Of a stretch of DNA of 64,000 nt, positions 49,591 through 63,566 are shown one piece after another. The position numbers and the translations under genes were made by a program. The stretch spans positions 9,424,001 to 9,488,000 of the forward strand of contig CM126219.1 of assembly GCA_052327205.1 (NCBI GenBank), read 5' to 3'. The notes beneath the pieces are model-generated. The model did not search any database. It saw only the letters and a program-made list of their open reading frames with translations, and had not been told where the DNA came from. The stretch is from Somniosus microcephalus. Taxonomy: Eukaryota. How positions within the stretch are numbered: position 1 is the stretch's first letter; each line of letters opens with the position of its first letter.

Positions 49591-50574
49591 CATTCAGACT
49601 CTGAACTCTGAAACAGGATACGGAAATGTGTACTGGTACACAAGTCAAGCTTAAACATGACAGTGAAACACATGCTGGCAGCAAGACCACACTTGTGAAT
49701 GATAGTCAGGTACTGGGACAGGAGAGACAGTCAGATACTGAAACACAGTCAGATATTGGCACTGTACTGAAACACTCATATAATAGGAACATATATTGAA
49801 ACAGAGTCGGACAGTGTGAGGAACAGTCAGATTCTGAAACACAGATACTGGCACAATTTAAAAGTACTTCCTTGGCTGTAAAGCACTTTGTGGCGTCCTG
49901 TGGTTGTAAAAGGTCGTAATTATTCTCTCTCACCTTATTCTCTACGCCTTCCAAGTCTGTTTCTCTCTAATGAGGTATTGCATTCTCTCCCTTTGTCCCA
50001 CAATTCATTTTTTCCCCGCGTATTTCCACCACTTTCTTCCATACCTGTCTGCTTGTTCAAAGTCTTCCGCATTTCTGCTGCTTGAGTTCTCACTTCCCTG
50101 CTGTCTGTGTGTCTCCTCCGCTCAAGCCTCATTGATATCCCTCTGTATCCTAATAGTCACCTTCCTTTGTGGAGCCAGTTTGCGTTCATCAGAAATTCCA
50201 AAATTAACATTTTCATGTTGCACAGATACACCACGCAAATGTTACAGATAGAACCCAGTGCAAGTTGTGAATCTAAATAGGTGGGCTGCACAAAGTTACA
50301 GGGTCAGGAGCAGCAAAATAGAGGTTCATGATGCATTCATATAACGATCATACTGGGACCTGCTGTGGTGCTTTCATTTAATGAACTGTCAGTCTTGGAT
50401 GACCCATATTTGAGGCTTCTCACATTAGCTGATCAGAGATCTGAGGCTTTAAAGCTTCAATGTACAACAGCTGGGAGTGAATGTTAGAGGTGCCTGATAA
50501 CCCATTTTTGTACCTTATTGCAGTGGTGTGTCCGAGATCCAAGTGGATTTGAAGCTTGATTGCACAGCAGAGTC

Positions 50575-51072
50575 ACAGGAACAGGTGTCGGCCATTCAGC
50601 CCCTCGAGCCTGTTCCTCGATTTAGTTAGATGGCTGATCTGTATCTTACCTCCATCTACCTGCCTTGGTTTTGTAACCCTTAACACCCTTGCCTAACAAA
50701 AACTATCAATTTCAGTTTGGAAATTTTCAGTGGACCCCCCGCCTCAACAGCTTTTTGGGGGCGAGAGTTCCCGATTTCCACCACCCTCTGTGTGAAGAAG
50801 TGCTTCCTGACATCACCCCTGAACGGCCTGGCTCTAATTTTAAGTTTCTGCCCCCTTGTTCTGAACTCCCCCCACCAGAGGAAATAGTTTCTATCGACCC
50901 TATCGACTCCTTCAATCATCTTAAACACCTCGATTAGATCACCCCTTAATCTTCTAAACTCGAGGGAATACAAGCCTAGTCTGTGCAACCTGGCCTCGGA
51001 ATTTAACCCTTTTAGCCCCCGGTCATTCCGGTGAATCTGTGCTGCGCCCCCTCGAAGGACAATATATCCTCT
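50575..51072 (-). mobile_element. CR1 3' fragment
   Basis: ORF 50680-50988 is a CR1 C-terminus, followed by the tail. Confidence 0.8.
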
Positions 51073-51603
51073 TGAGTCTGGCTGGGAGTGAATGTTAAAG
51101 GTATCTGATAACTGAGACGTGCTACAGTGTACAGCCAGGCACTTCCAGACTTGCTGCTGCTCTCCTAGTCTCCATGCACCATCTCTCAGTCACTGGGAGA
51201 GAATGCATCAGGACCGCTTTCTGTGATTAAAATTAGCACACGTTTGCCAATGAAATTATACAGCTGGCAAAAATTCCTTTTCTGTTATTTTTATTTAGAG
51301 CTGGTCAGTTTGAAATAGAGATTGCTTGAACTGGAGCAATCTTATCATTGAATTGAATATACAGCATTAATCAATTGAGTGGAGAGTAACGGAAACCTGC
51401 CAGTGTAGTCAGGCTGTAACTTAATCAAAGCTTCCACTGATGTCATTGAACAGTTGTTAACAGTAACCCGATCCCTGAAATTATATTAAAGTATTTCATC
51501 TCATCTTGCTATCTATAATTGTTCATATTGTAGATAAGAGCAGTTTATAGTGTTGGTGTTGGCACACAGCATTTCTCTTATATTTTGAAATAAATCCGAG
51601 AAT

Positions 51604-51631
51604 CCCCCCCCCCCCCCCCCCCCCCCCCCCC
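51604..51631 (+). repeat. poly(C) run of about 28 nt
   Basis: Seen directly in the sequence. Confidence 0.9.
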
Positions 51632-51875
51632 ACCGCTCATCTCCTGAAAGCACCCATGATGGTGCAACAGTTCCACAGGTGCCAGTTACCCCTGGTACCT
51701 TACCCAACAGACCATGCTTCATGTCTGAGCCAACACAGTGAGTGTCAAGGCTGTTGGATGGTGACAGCATTCAACTGTGAACTTGCCCTCATCCAACATC
51801 CAGACACGTGCACCTTTCTGTAGGGATCTGCGGGTCACGAGTGACCACGAGCAGGATAGATGGCTGATTTATTTA

Positions 51876-52335
51876 TGTCAGTCGTGGCTCAGTGAATAGC
51901 ACTCTTTCTCGCCTCTGAGTGGGTTCAAATCCCACTCCAGAGACTTGAGCATATAATGCAGGCTGACACTCCCAGTGCAGTGCTGAGGGAGTGCTGCACT
52001 GCCGGAGGCGCTGTCTTTTGGAAGAGATGTTGAACTGAGGCCCCGTCTGCCCTCTCAGGTGGACATTATAGATCCCATGGCACTATTTCGAAGAAGAGCA
52101 GGGAGTTCTCCCCGGTGTCCTGGGACCAATATTTATCCCTCTATCAACATCACTAAAACAGATGATCGGGTCATTATCACATTGCTGTTTATGGGAGCTT
52201 GCTGTGCGCAAATTGGCTGCCGCGTTTCCTACATTACAACAGTGACTACACTTCAGAAAGTACTTCATTGGCTGTAAAGTGCTTTGGGGCGTCCTGAGGT
52301 CGTGAAAGGCGCTGGAGAAATGCAAGTCTTTTTTT
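51876..52335 (+). mobile_element. SacSINE1-like DeuSINE
   Basis: Near full-length match to the other copies. Confidence 0.85.
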
Positions 52336-55300
52336 CCCCTTGTCCTTAACTCGGGAACATAGATGCCGATTGTAGCATCGTATCTACCACTCATGAGTGA
52401 GCTCAGTGAACTCAGCACAAACTGGCAGGAAAACCCATCTGGCTCATTTCCACACTACACACTTGGAACTTATGAAATGACCCATCAGGAGAGCCTGGTA
52501 TGGTCTTTTGATAATACATTTGTACAACGCCGGAGAGAGCAGTGACACAGAGTTGCCTTCCTGTACCAAGTACTGTACATATTTCATCCCCAGCTTTCTC
52601 AAAGGTACTGCCTTTTGCTAGGGTATGGTGGCACAGGTACTGGCAGCCTTCGGGTACTATTGGATAGTGAGTGTTAGTAGACTGTTTGACCACGAGGGGC
52701 ATCACAGCCAAGCTTGACAGTGTCCCCACATGATGTCCACATGCATGCATTTTCCAGTAAGTTGTTGCATAGTGATCAGGAACAAGGACCCTGGCCGATT
52801 TCCCCCCCCCCCCAACTCCCAGCTGTTGCCCTAACTTGGAGCATCTCGCTCTTTCTTGTTCTTCCTCACCCTTGTACTGTAATACTTTTTCTGATCCATT
52901 TACTCCGTTTCTGATTGACTTGAGAAAATGAAGATTATTTAGAGCTCATTCTATCTGGGGCCATTAGAGAAATTATTAATGTTTTTGAGTAGTTTTCACG
53001 GGTTGCTTCAAAATGCATTTTCTAAGTCGACCTGTAGGAAACCTCAGGTGGTTGGTTAAAAATGCTTGAAAGGATAAATATATTTTGGACTCTGAAAATG
53101 CACCCTGCTGGTTTCTTTCCATCAATGTGTCCTTAGTAACAATCTTCACGCAGTTATCCACTCATCACCTTGATGCACTTTTTGTTACTTCTACTGCCCT
53201 TGTATTTAAACGGTTTAGGTTTGTGTGGTGATGCTGGTGGTGGGGCGGAGGGAGGGTTGTGCACTTTGATCCTTTTAGCGCGCCGACTGTGTCCTGTGTT
53301 TCCTCCATGTGTTTTATGCAAAGTGATTCAGATTTCCTCACCTTATCGCTGTGTTTTTTTTTAATGAGTAACCATTAAGAAATGGGAACCTGTTGTGTGG
53401 GGAATGTAGGCATGCGTCCATGTTCCCCAAGCACCCTGATGGCTCTATCTTTAATATTACCACTCATCTTATAATGTCCCAGTTACTGTGTCGTGCTCCA
53501 TGGGCAGGCAGCTAACACACTCCTGCACAAGCAGTGATGTTGGGTTTACTAGAAAGTGAGTAGGGACGCCTGTTGTCTTGGCCTTTCCTTGTGATCAGAA
53601 ACTTGTCATGCGGAGACTCTATTTTGTATCCACAACAAGATAATGGAGAAAGTTACAAGCTGACTCTGAACCATTACATCAAGGCAAGTCACGACAGTAG
53701 ATCAAGTGGGCATAGCCTAAAACTGGTGAAAGGCCAATTTAGGATAAATACCAGAGGGAACTCCTTCGAATAAACAACAACCACTTGCATTTATACAGCG
53801 CCTTTAACGTAGTAAAACGTCCCAAGGCGCTGCACAGGAGCGTAATTAAGTGAAATTTGACGCCGAGCCACATAAGGAGATATTAGAACAGATGACCAAA
53901 AGCTTGGCCAAAGAGGTAGGTTTCAAGGAGCAACTTAAAAGAGAGAGAGGCAGAGAGTTTTAGGGAGGGAATTCCAGAGATTAGGGCCTAGGCAGCTGAA
54001 GGCACGGCTGCCACTGGTGGAACGATTAAAATCGGGAATGCGCAAGAGGCCAGGATTGGAGGAGCGCAGAGATCTTGGATGGTTGTAGGGCACGACTGAT
54101 CATCACTTGGAAGGTAGTTTCAGATACGGTACTGGAAGTAAAAACCTTATAGTGATTCAAGATCCAGTAATGATCTAATGGGGGTAGTGGGGTGGGGAGG
54201 GGGGGATCTGTAAGCTTCTTCCTAGTTGGGTGAAGTAAGAAGGGCCAAATGGCCTTCGCTTGTGAAGGATGCAGTTGAATGAAGGGATTTTACATGATAT
54301 GCGACTGGGTTTACATGCATCCTGCATTGTTTCACCAGCACTGTATGCCATTGACTTTAACAGGTTGTCTCAGGGGAACCCGCTTTGTGATGCGAACCAT
54401 AAGTAGGACTGGCTGAGAGCGGATGCTATTGAGTGTTGGTTGGGGCAGCAGAGTTGAGCTGATGCTGAAAGGTTGTTCATGGTCAGGTATAACGAGTTTA
54501 GTAGGTTATCTTACTTGTGATATTCGGCTGTGCCCAGGACCACAGACGTGGCATAAAGTAAGGGTAGGTTGGGATGGTGGCCTGGAAGAAGGGTAAGGGC
54601 TGCCTTCTTGGATTTCTCATTTCTCTGCCCGTTTTTGGATTTGGATATTTCATTGAACACATTGGACCTGAGGGATCAGATCATTTTACACCTCCTAGCA
54701 CTTATAAAATATTCGTACGATAAATGCATGACTCATTTCATCTCATGTAGTACAGTACTGTCGCCTTGTTTCATCTCTGGTACTGTGCCTAAATTGCTCT
54801 TCATGGAGTTGGTGAGGGAATTAAATATTGAAGTAGTTTTCAGGTGATACAAGAACAGAATGGAGCTGGAAGCAACTGTAATATGTGCATATTTCCCATG
54901 AATGGACCGAGGTGGTTATTGTGAGCACAGAAAGACCGAGGAGTTGACCTGGGCCAAGTTACAGAATTTCTTTACGCCTTGATGCGAGCTCCAGCTGATG
55001 GAGTCTGTGTGCGAGTGGTAAACATTCGCGGTGATGATAGCGCTCGAGAGCAAGTTTCACTGGCAAGAGAAACAACGTTTTTGGTTTCACTTCTGGCATT
55101 TCTCGGGGATTTTTTACATTGATGTACAAAATCTAGACGCTAGAAGCTCGGTTGTGCTTCTCCTGGCCTTGGTCTTGCCATTTCTTTCCTCAGTTACCAA
55201 GGGTTGAGTTTGGAATGGCCATCTTTGTCTCTTACACCATGCATGGTTTTGGGACATAATTGTTTCTGAAAGCAAGAAATGGTTTTTCAGTGTGCTATGC

Positions 55301-55409
55301 AGCATCCTATCACTAGGTGGTTCTAGATTTCCTACATCACTGAAGTCATTGGCAGTGATTGGTAAGGCCAAGCTTTCTTGAGGATTGGTGCCTTTCTACC
55401 AGCTGTTCC

Positions 55410-56112
55410 AGTCAACGGCATTACCACTGCCCAATCCCCCAACATCAACATCCTGGGGTCACCACTGACCAGAAACTTAACTGGACCAGCCACATAAATA
55501 CTGTGGCTACAAGAGCAGGTCAGAGGCTGGGTATTCTGTGGCGAGTATCTCACCTCCTGACTCCCCAAAGCCTTTCCACCATCTACAAGGCACAAGTCAG
55601 GAGTGTGATGGAATACTCTCCACTTGCCTGGATGAGTGCAGCTCCAACAACACTCGAAGCTCGACACCATCCAGGACAAAGCAGCCCGCTTGATCAGCAC
55701 CCCATCCACCACCTTAAACATTCTCTCCCTCCACCACCGGCACACCGTGGCTGCAGTGTGTACCATTTACAAGATGCACTGCAGCAACTCGCCAAGGCTT
55801 CTTTGGCAGCACCTCTCAAACCCATGACCTCTACCACCTAGAAGGACAAGGGCAGCAGGCGCTTGGGAACACCACCACCTCCAAGTTCCCCTCCAAGTCA
55901 CACACCAACTTGACTTGGAAATACATCGCCATTCCTTGATCGTCACTGGGTCAAAATCCTGGAACTCCCTCCCTAACAGCACTATGGGAGTACCTTCACC
56001 ACATGGACTGCAGCGGTTTAAGAAGGCGGCTCACCACCACCTTCTCAAGGGCGATTAGGGATGGGCAATAAATGCTGGCCTTACCAGCGACGCCCACATC
56101 CCATGAATGAAC
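55410..56112 (+). mobile_element. 3' end of the second LINE family
   Basis: Encodes DQKLNWTSHINTVATRAGQRLGIL, followed by the tail. Confidence 0.85.
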
Positions 56113-56439
56113 AATATGTGTTATGGACAGACTAGATCATTGGACAGAGAGGTGGCAGATGGCGTTCAACACAGGCAAGTGTAACGTCAAGAGTTTTTCG
56201 CTAGAAAAATTGAGAGCGTAAAATATATACATTAATGGTAATGTGCTTGAAGTAAATGGCGGTTAACAGATTGGAGGTCTTTGGTGGATGGGTCATTAAA
56301 ACTATTGGTTCAATGTTTGTTTGTAGTGAAAAAAAACAAATAGCATATTGCGATGTATAGCTGGGAGTGTGACTTAGTCAGAGGAGGTGATTTTGAAGTT
56401 GCATCTGACCTTGGTGAGATCATCTGGAATATAAGGTTC

Positions 56440-57612
56440 ATATTCATAAACCCAGATCCTCTCCATCACCAAGACAGCCTACTTGCACCTCCGAAACATC
56501 GCCTGTCTCCGCCTTGCCTCTGCCTCTGCCTCAGCTCATCTGCTGCTGAAACCCTCATCCATGCCTTTGTTACCTCTAGGCTCGACTATTCCAACACACT
56601 CCTGGCTTGTCTCCCACATTCCACCCTACATAAACTTCAGCTCATCCAAAACTCAGCTGCCCCGTGTCCTAACTCACACCCAGTCCCGTTCACCCATCAC
56701 CCCCGTGCTCACTGCCCCGTGTCCTAACTCGCACCCAGTCCCGTTCACCCATCACCCCCTGTGCTCACTGCCCCGTGTCCTAACTCACACCCAGTCCCGT
56801 TCACCCATCACCCCCTGTGCTCACTGCCCCGTGTCCTAACTCGCACCCAGTCCCGTTCACCCATCACCCCCTGTGCTCACTGCCCCGTGTCCTAACTCAC
56901 ACCCAGTCCCGTTCACCCATCACCCCCTGTGCTCACTGCCCCGTGTCCTAACTCACACCCAGTCCCGTTCACCCATCACCCCCTGTGCTCACTGCCCCGT
57001 GTCCTAACTCACACCCAGTCCCGTTCACCCATCACCCCCTGTGCTCACTGCCCCGTGTCCTAACTCGCACCCAGTCCCGTTCACCCATCACCCCCTGTGC
57101 TCACTGCCCCGTGTCCCAACTCGCACCCAGTCCCGTTCACCCATCACCCCCTGTGCTCACTGCCCCGTGTCCTAACTCGCACCCAGCCCCGTTCACCCAT
57201 CACCCCCTGTGCTCACTGCCCCGTGTCCTAACTCACACCAAGTCCCGTTCACCCATCACCCCCTGTGCTCACTGCCCCGTGTCCTAACTCACACCCAGTC
57301 CCGTTCACCCATCACCCCCTGTGCTCGCTGCCCCGTGTCCTAACTCACACCCAGTCCCGTTCACCCATCACCCCCTGTGCTCGCTGCCCCGTGTCCTAAC
57401 TCACACCCAGTCCCGTTCACCCATCACCCCCTGTGCTCGCTGACCTACATTGGCTCCCGGTCCGGCAACACCTCGATTTTCAAATTCTCATTCTTGTTTT
57501 CAAATCCCTCCCCATCTCTGTAATCTCCTCCAGCCCAATAACCCTCAGAGATCTCATCGCTCCTCCAATTCTGGCCTCTTGCACATCCCCGATTTTTATC
57601 GCTCCACCATCA
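56440..57612 (+). mobile_element. L2-clade LINE fragment containing the 56-bp expansion
   Basis: Encodes ETLIHAFVTSRLDYSN...LQLIQNSAA before the array and ADLHWLPV after it. Confidence 0.85.
56660..57441 (+). repeat. 56-bp tandem repeat (~14 copies) inside an L2 fragment
   Basis: Unit GCCCCGTGTCCTAACTCACACCCAGTCCCGTTCACCCATCACCCCCTGTGCTCACT, starting at 56714, 56770, 56826 and onward. Confidence 0.95.
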
Positions 57613-58184
57613 CTTGGAGCGGCGATGGGATCGGAGCTGTGAGAAATTGAAAATGATCACATTGGTCAGTGAGCGGTGCTGTTTTGGAGGCTTGGGTTGA
57701 GGAACTTTGTGACAGTGTCGAGTGGGCTTTTTTGTCCCCTTTTTAGGTCCACTCTGTTTGCCCCTCTCCCCTGGTTTATTAGTTCAAATCCTCTCACAAC
57801 CTTATTTACCCTCTCTACAAGTACATTGGTGCCGTTCAGGTAAAGACCATCCTGCCTGTAGAGCTTCCCCTGCCCCACAACTTGTCCCAAAATTTTAGGA
57901 CTCTGAAACTCCGTTCTGCACTATCTTTCTAGCTACACTTTGACGTGTCTAACCTGTTTCACCCTTCACTCTGTGGGAATATGAGTAATCCTCATATTAC
58001 CAATCTTTAGGTCTTGCACTTTTAGTCTCGAACATTTAGTCTAGACCACTAGCTCCTGGATATCTCTCCCCAACACCACCATCCTACTTCTTCCTACATC
58101 ATTGATGAACCATGACTTCTGGCTGGTTACATTCACTTCCACACCTTCTCTCAGCAAAATTTAACTTGGGGTCGGGGGGTGGAG

Positions 58185-59632
58185 AACATAAGAACATAAG
58201 AAATAGGAGCAGGAGTAGGCCAATCGGCCCCTCGAGCCTGCTCCGCCATTCAATAAGATCATGGCTGATCTGATCCTAACCTCAAATCTTCTATCACTCT
58301 CCATCCCCCTGAACCCATGTGATCTCCTGGGAGAGGCGAAAAACCAGATAAAAACCCAATGGCCAATTTGGGAGAAAAAATCTGGGAAATTCCTCTCCGA
58401 CCCATCTAGGCGATCGAAACTCGTCCAGGAGATCACTCTGTCCCTATATTTTCACAGTACTTACCTTCTGTAAAAGGTGATCTCCACCCCAGCCAGGAAC
58501 AGGAATAGAACCATCTCCTGAAATCTAACACAGAATTAGAACACAAGAAGTAGGAGCAGGACCAGGCTACACGGCCCCTGGGCCCGCTCCGCTACCCACA
58601 AGGCCATGACCGTTCCGAACCTAGACTCATGCCAAATTCCTGCCCGCTCCCCGTAACCCCTAATTCCCTTTACTTCTGGGAAACTGTCTATTTCTGTTTT
58701 AAATTTATTTAATGATGTAGCTTCCACAGCTTTCTGGGGCAGCAAATTCCACAGACCTACTACCCTCTGAGTGAAGAAGTTTTTCCTCATCTCAGTTTTG
58801 AAAGAGCAGCCCCTTATTCTAAGATTATGCCCCCTAGTTCTAGTTTCACCCATCATTGGGAACATCCTCACCGCATCCACCCGATCAAGCCCCCTCACAA
58901 TCTTATATGTTTCAATAAGATCGCCTCTCATTCTTCTGAACTCCAATGAGTAGAGTCCCAATCTACTCAACCTCTCCTCATATATCCACCCCCTCATCCC
59001 CGGGATTAACCGAGTGAACCTTCTTTGTACTGACTCGAGAGCAAGTATGTCTTTTCTTAAGTATGGACACCAAAACTGTATGCAGTATTCCAGGTGCGGT
59101 CTCACCAATACCTTGTACAACTGCAACAATACTTCCCTGTTTTTATATTCTATCCCCCTAGCAATAAAAGCCAACATTCCATTGGCCTTCTTGATCACTT
59201 GCTGCACCTGCATACTAACTTTTTGAGTTTTGTGCACCAGGACCCCCAGATCCCTTTGTACTACAGTACTTTCCAGTTTCTTGCCATTAAGATAATAACT
59301 TGCTCTATGATTTTTCCTGCCAAAGTGCATAACCTCACACTTTCCAGTATTGTATTCCATCTGCCAAATCTCTGCCCATTCACTTAGCCTGTCTATGTCC
59401 CTTTGCAGGTTTTTTATGTCCTCCTCACTCACTACTTTCCCTCCCATCTTAGTATCATCTGCAAACTTTGATATGTTACACTCGGTCCCCTCCTCCAAAT
59501 CGTTAATATAGATTGTAAAGAGTTGGGGACCCGGCACTGACCCCTGCGGAACACCACTAGTTACTGATTGCCAGTCTGAGAATGAACCATTTATCCCAAC
59601 TCTCTGCTTTCTGTTAGATAGCCAATCCTCCA
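58185..59632 (-). mobile_element. CR1/HER1 LINE 3' part, same subfamily as 37750-40366
   Basis: ORF 58536-59642 is an RT C-terminus (FADD), followed by the same extended 3' UTR. Confidence 0.93.
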
Positions 59633-60312
59633 AAGTGTACACCTGTACCTAAGATGGGTAATATACAGGATAAAGTGTGATTTGTCTCGAATCAGTTGTA
59701 CATGTCCCAGAGACACAACACATTTTTAATTTCTTCCTGCCTTATGTTTTTTTGTTATTATGTGCAGGGCTGTTTATCATTTAACTATATCTATTACCTC
59801 TTATTTCTGCTTTTTCTATTTTATTATACTGTTTCTTTTCCTTCAATTTCTTGACTCTTAACCCAGTTCCTCTTTTTTCACTTCCCTTATTACGGTCCAT
59901 ATTCTTTTTGTGCCCTCTATGACACTGTCCTCTCACAACTTGCTGGTGTAGGATTTTTCTTCCTGTTTCTTTCTCTTATTTCGGAGCTAGTGAAGGGAGT
60001 GCTTGTGAAGAGAAGCAAACAGAAACATTGCGGGCTGTGATTGGGGATTAAGTGCGGAGAGAAAGCTAGGCCAAGAAGTCAAGAGGCTACACTTGGACCA
60101 ACCAAACAGGCCAAATTGGTGGCCGCAAACACAATAAATTAGTCGGATTGACTGAGCCAACAAGAGGCAGTTTATGGCTAGCAAGAGTGGGCCCGACAGA
60201 CTGGTTCTCAGACAGGAACAAGGTAGATCATTTGTGATCCATTTATTTTTCTAAAATAAAACTTTGGTGCTGTGCATATTTTTGTGGAGGTAAGAAAGTG
60301 TGTCGATGAGGG

Positions 60313-60704
60313 GAAAAAAGACTTGCATTTCTATAGCGCATTTCACAACCTCAGGACATCCCAAAGCATTTTACAGCCAATGAAGGACTTTTTGAAGGGC
60401 AGCCACTGGCTACTGCGTTTCCTACATTACAACAATCTGCGCACAGCAAGGTCCCACAAACAGCAATGTGATAATGATCAGGTAATCGGTTTTCGTGATG
60501 TTGTTGGAGGGATAACTATGGGATCTTTTGTGTCCAGCTGAGAGAGCGGACGGGGCCTCAGTTTAATGTCTCAGCTGAAAGACGGCACCTCCAACAGTGC
60601 AGCACTCCCTCAGCACTGCACTGGAGTGTCAGCCTAGATTATGTGCTCAGGTCTTGGAGTGGGACTTGAGGCGAGAGTGCTACCCACTGAGCCACGGCTG
60701 ACAC
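60313..60704 (-). mobile_element. SacSINE1-like DeuSINE (further partial copies at about 41846-42075, 60880-61220 and 63951-64000)
   Basis: Matches the other copies. Confidence 0.8.
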
Positions 60705-61469
60705 AGGGAAATGTCACCTACTAAGCTGATTGCTCGGAATATCGGTTGACTGTGTTGTGGATGGGGAATGAATACAACTCTAATGAATGTGGAATGTGTT
60801 GACATCAGAAACTTCTGCAGTCACAAAGCTTTGAAAGCGATACGTAGGGGGCAGTGGTGCCCTTTCAACTCTATCACTGAATCAGACAGTGTTGGTTCCC
60901 ACTCCAGGACTTGAGCACATAATCTAGGCTAACATTTCAATGCAGTACTGAGGGAGTGCTACATTGTCAGACGTGCTGTTTTTTTGGATGAAGCATTAAG
61001 CTGAGGCCCCGTCTGCCTGTTCGGGTGGATGTTAAAAATTCAACCGCACTATTTGAGGGAGAGCAGGGAAGTTCCTCCAGCGTCCTGGCCACCAAAACAA
61101 ATTAACTGGTCATTCATCCCATTGCTGTTTGTGTGACCTTGTGTGTAAATTACTGCTGCGTTTGTCTACACAACAACTGTGAAGCACTTTCACATGTTCT
61201 TCGGACAGGAAAGGCACTACAGTATATAGAGTCAATAGTCAAAACATAAACATAGAAGATAGGAGCAGGAGTAGGCCATTTGGCCCTTCGAGCCTGCTCC
61301 GCCACTCAACGAGATCATGGCTGATCATCCAAACCCTAGCACCCGGTCCCTACACCGACAGCCATCCCACCCAAGCCCTATCCCCGTAACCCCACGTATT
61401 TAATCCCCCCTAACACTAAGGGTCAATTTTTATCATGGCCAATCAACCTAACCCGCACATCTTTGGATG

Positions 61470-63566
61470 TCATAGAGTTATACAGCACAGAAAGAGGCCC
61501 TTCGGCCCATCGTGTCCGCGCCGGCCATCAAGCCCTGTCTATTCTAATCCCATTTTCCAGCACTTGGTCCGTAGCCTTGTATGCTATGGCGTTTCAAGTG
61601 CTCATCTAAATGCTTCTTGAATGTTGTGAGGGTTCCTGCCTCTACCACCCTTTCAGGCAGTGAGTTCCAGATTCCAACTACCCTCTGGGTGAAAAAGTTT
61701 TTCCTCAAATCCCCTCTAAACCTCCTGCCCCTTAGCTTGAAACGATGCCCCCTGGTTATTGACCCCTCTACTAAGGGGAAAGGTTCCTTTCTATCTACCC
61801 TATCTATGCCCCTCATAATTTTGTACACCTCAATCAGGTCCCCCCTCAGCCTTCTCTGCTCTAAGGAAAACAACCCCAGCCTGTCCAGTCTCACAGAAAT
61901 CACAGAAACCCCACAGTGCAGATAGAGGCCATTTCGGCCCATTGAGCCTGCACCGACACATATCCCACCCGATCCCCGTAACCCCTACACCAACACATAT
62001 CCCACCCTATCCCCGTAACCCCACGTATTTAATCCCCCTAACACTAAGGGTCAATTTATCATAGCCAATCAACCTAACCCGCACATCTTTGGACTGTGGG
62101 AGGAAACCGGAGCACCCGGAGAAAACCCACGCAAACACGGGGAGAATGTGCAAACTCCACACAGACAGTCACCCGAGGCCGGATTCGAACCCGGGTCCCT
62201 GGCGCTGTGAGGCAACAGTGCTAACCACTATGCCACCATGCTGCCCCCTCTCTTCATAGCTGAAGCGCTCCAGCCCAGGTAACATCCTGGTGAATCTCCT
62301 CTGCACCCTCTCCAAAGCAGTCACATCTCTCCTATAGTGTGGTGACCAGAACTGCACACAGTATTCCAGCTGTGGCCTAACTAGCGTTTTGTACAGCTCC
62401 ATCATAACCTCCCTGCTCTTATATTCTATGCCTCGGCTAATGAAGGCAAGTATCCCATATGCCTTTTTAACCACCTTATCTACCTGTCCTGCTGCCTTCA
62501 GGGATCTATGTACATGCACACCAAGGTCCCTCTGATCCTCTGTCCTTCCTAGGATCCTACCATTCATTGTGTATTCCCTTGTCTTGTTTGTCCTCCCAAA
62601 ATGCATCACCTCACACTTTTCAGGGTTAAATTCCATTTGCCACTGTTCTGCCTATTTAACCATCCCGTCTATATCGTTCTGTAGCCTGAGGCTTCCCTCC
62701 TCGCTATTTACCACTCCACCAATTTTCGTGTCATCTGCGAACTTACTGATCATACCTCCTACATTCATATCTAAATCATCAATGTACACTACAAACAGCA
62801 AGGGACCCAGCACCGATCCCTGCGGTACACCACTGGACCCAGGCTTCCAGTCACAAAAACAACCTTCGACCATCACCCTCTGCCTCCTGCCACTAAGCCA
62901 CTTTTGGATTCAATGTGCCAAATTGCCCTGGATCCCATGGGCTCTTACCTTCTTGACCAGTCTCCCATGTGGGACTTTGTCAAAAGCCTTACTGAAGTCC
63001 ATGTAGACTATATCAACTGCACTACCATTAGTCACACACCTAGTCACCCCCTCGAAAAATGTAATCAAATTGGTCAGACGTGATCTCCCCTGACAAAGCC
63101 ATGCTGATTATCCCTGATTAATCCCTGCCTCTCCAAGTGGAGACTAATTCTGTCCCTCAGAACTTTTCCCAATAATTTCCCTACCACTGATGTTAGGCTC
63201 ACTGGCCTGTAATTCCCTGGTTTATCCCTACTACCCTTCTTGAACAATGGTACTACGTTAGCTGTTCTCCAGTCCTCTGGCACCTCCCCTGTGGCCAGAG
63301 AGGTTCTGAAAATTTGTGTCAGAGCCCCTGCAATCTCCTCCCTTGCCTCACACAGCAGCCTGGGATACATCCCGTCCGGGCCTGGGGATTTATCCACTTT
63401 TAAGCTCGCTAAAACCGCTAGTACCTCCTCCCTCTCAATACTAATTTGTTCAAGTATATCACAATCCCCCTGCCTGATTTCTATGCCTACATCACCCTTC
63501 TCCATAGTGAACACAGATGCAAAATATTCATTTAAAACCTCACCTACATCTTCCGGCTCTGCACAC
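61470..63566 (-). mobile_element. CR1 LINE interrupted by an HE1 SINE
   Basis: ORFs 63074-63628, 62652-62876, 62169-62636 and 61544-61942 are CR1 RT pieces. Confidence 0.9.
61891..62247 (-). mobile_element. HE1-like V-SINE, full length
   Basis: Near identical to 27457-27809. Confidence 0.88.

Noticed and set aside
60843-60856. CTCF-like CGTAGGGGGCAGT
   Set aside because: Matches only the 3' half of the motif and has no supporting context.
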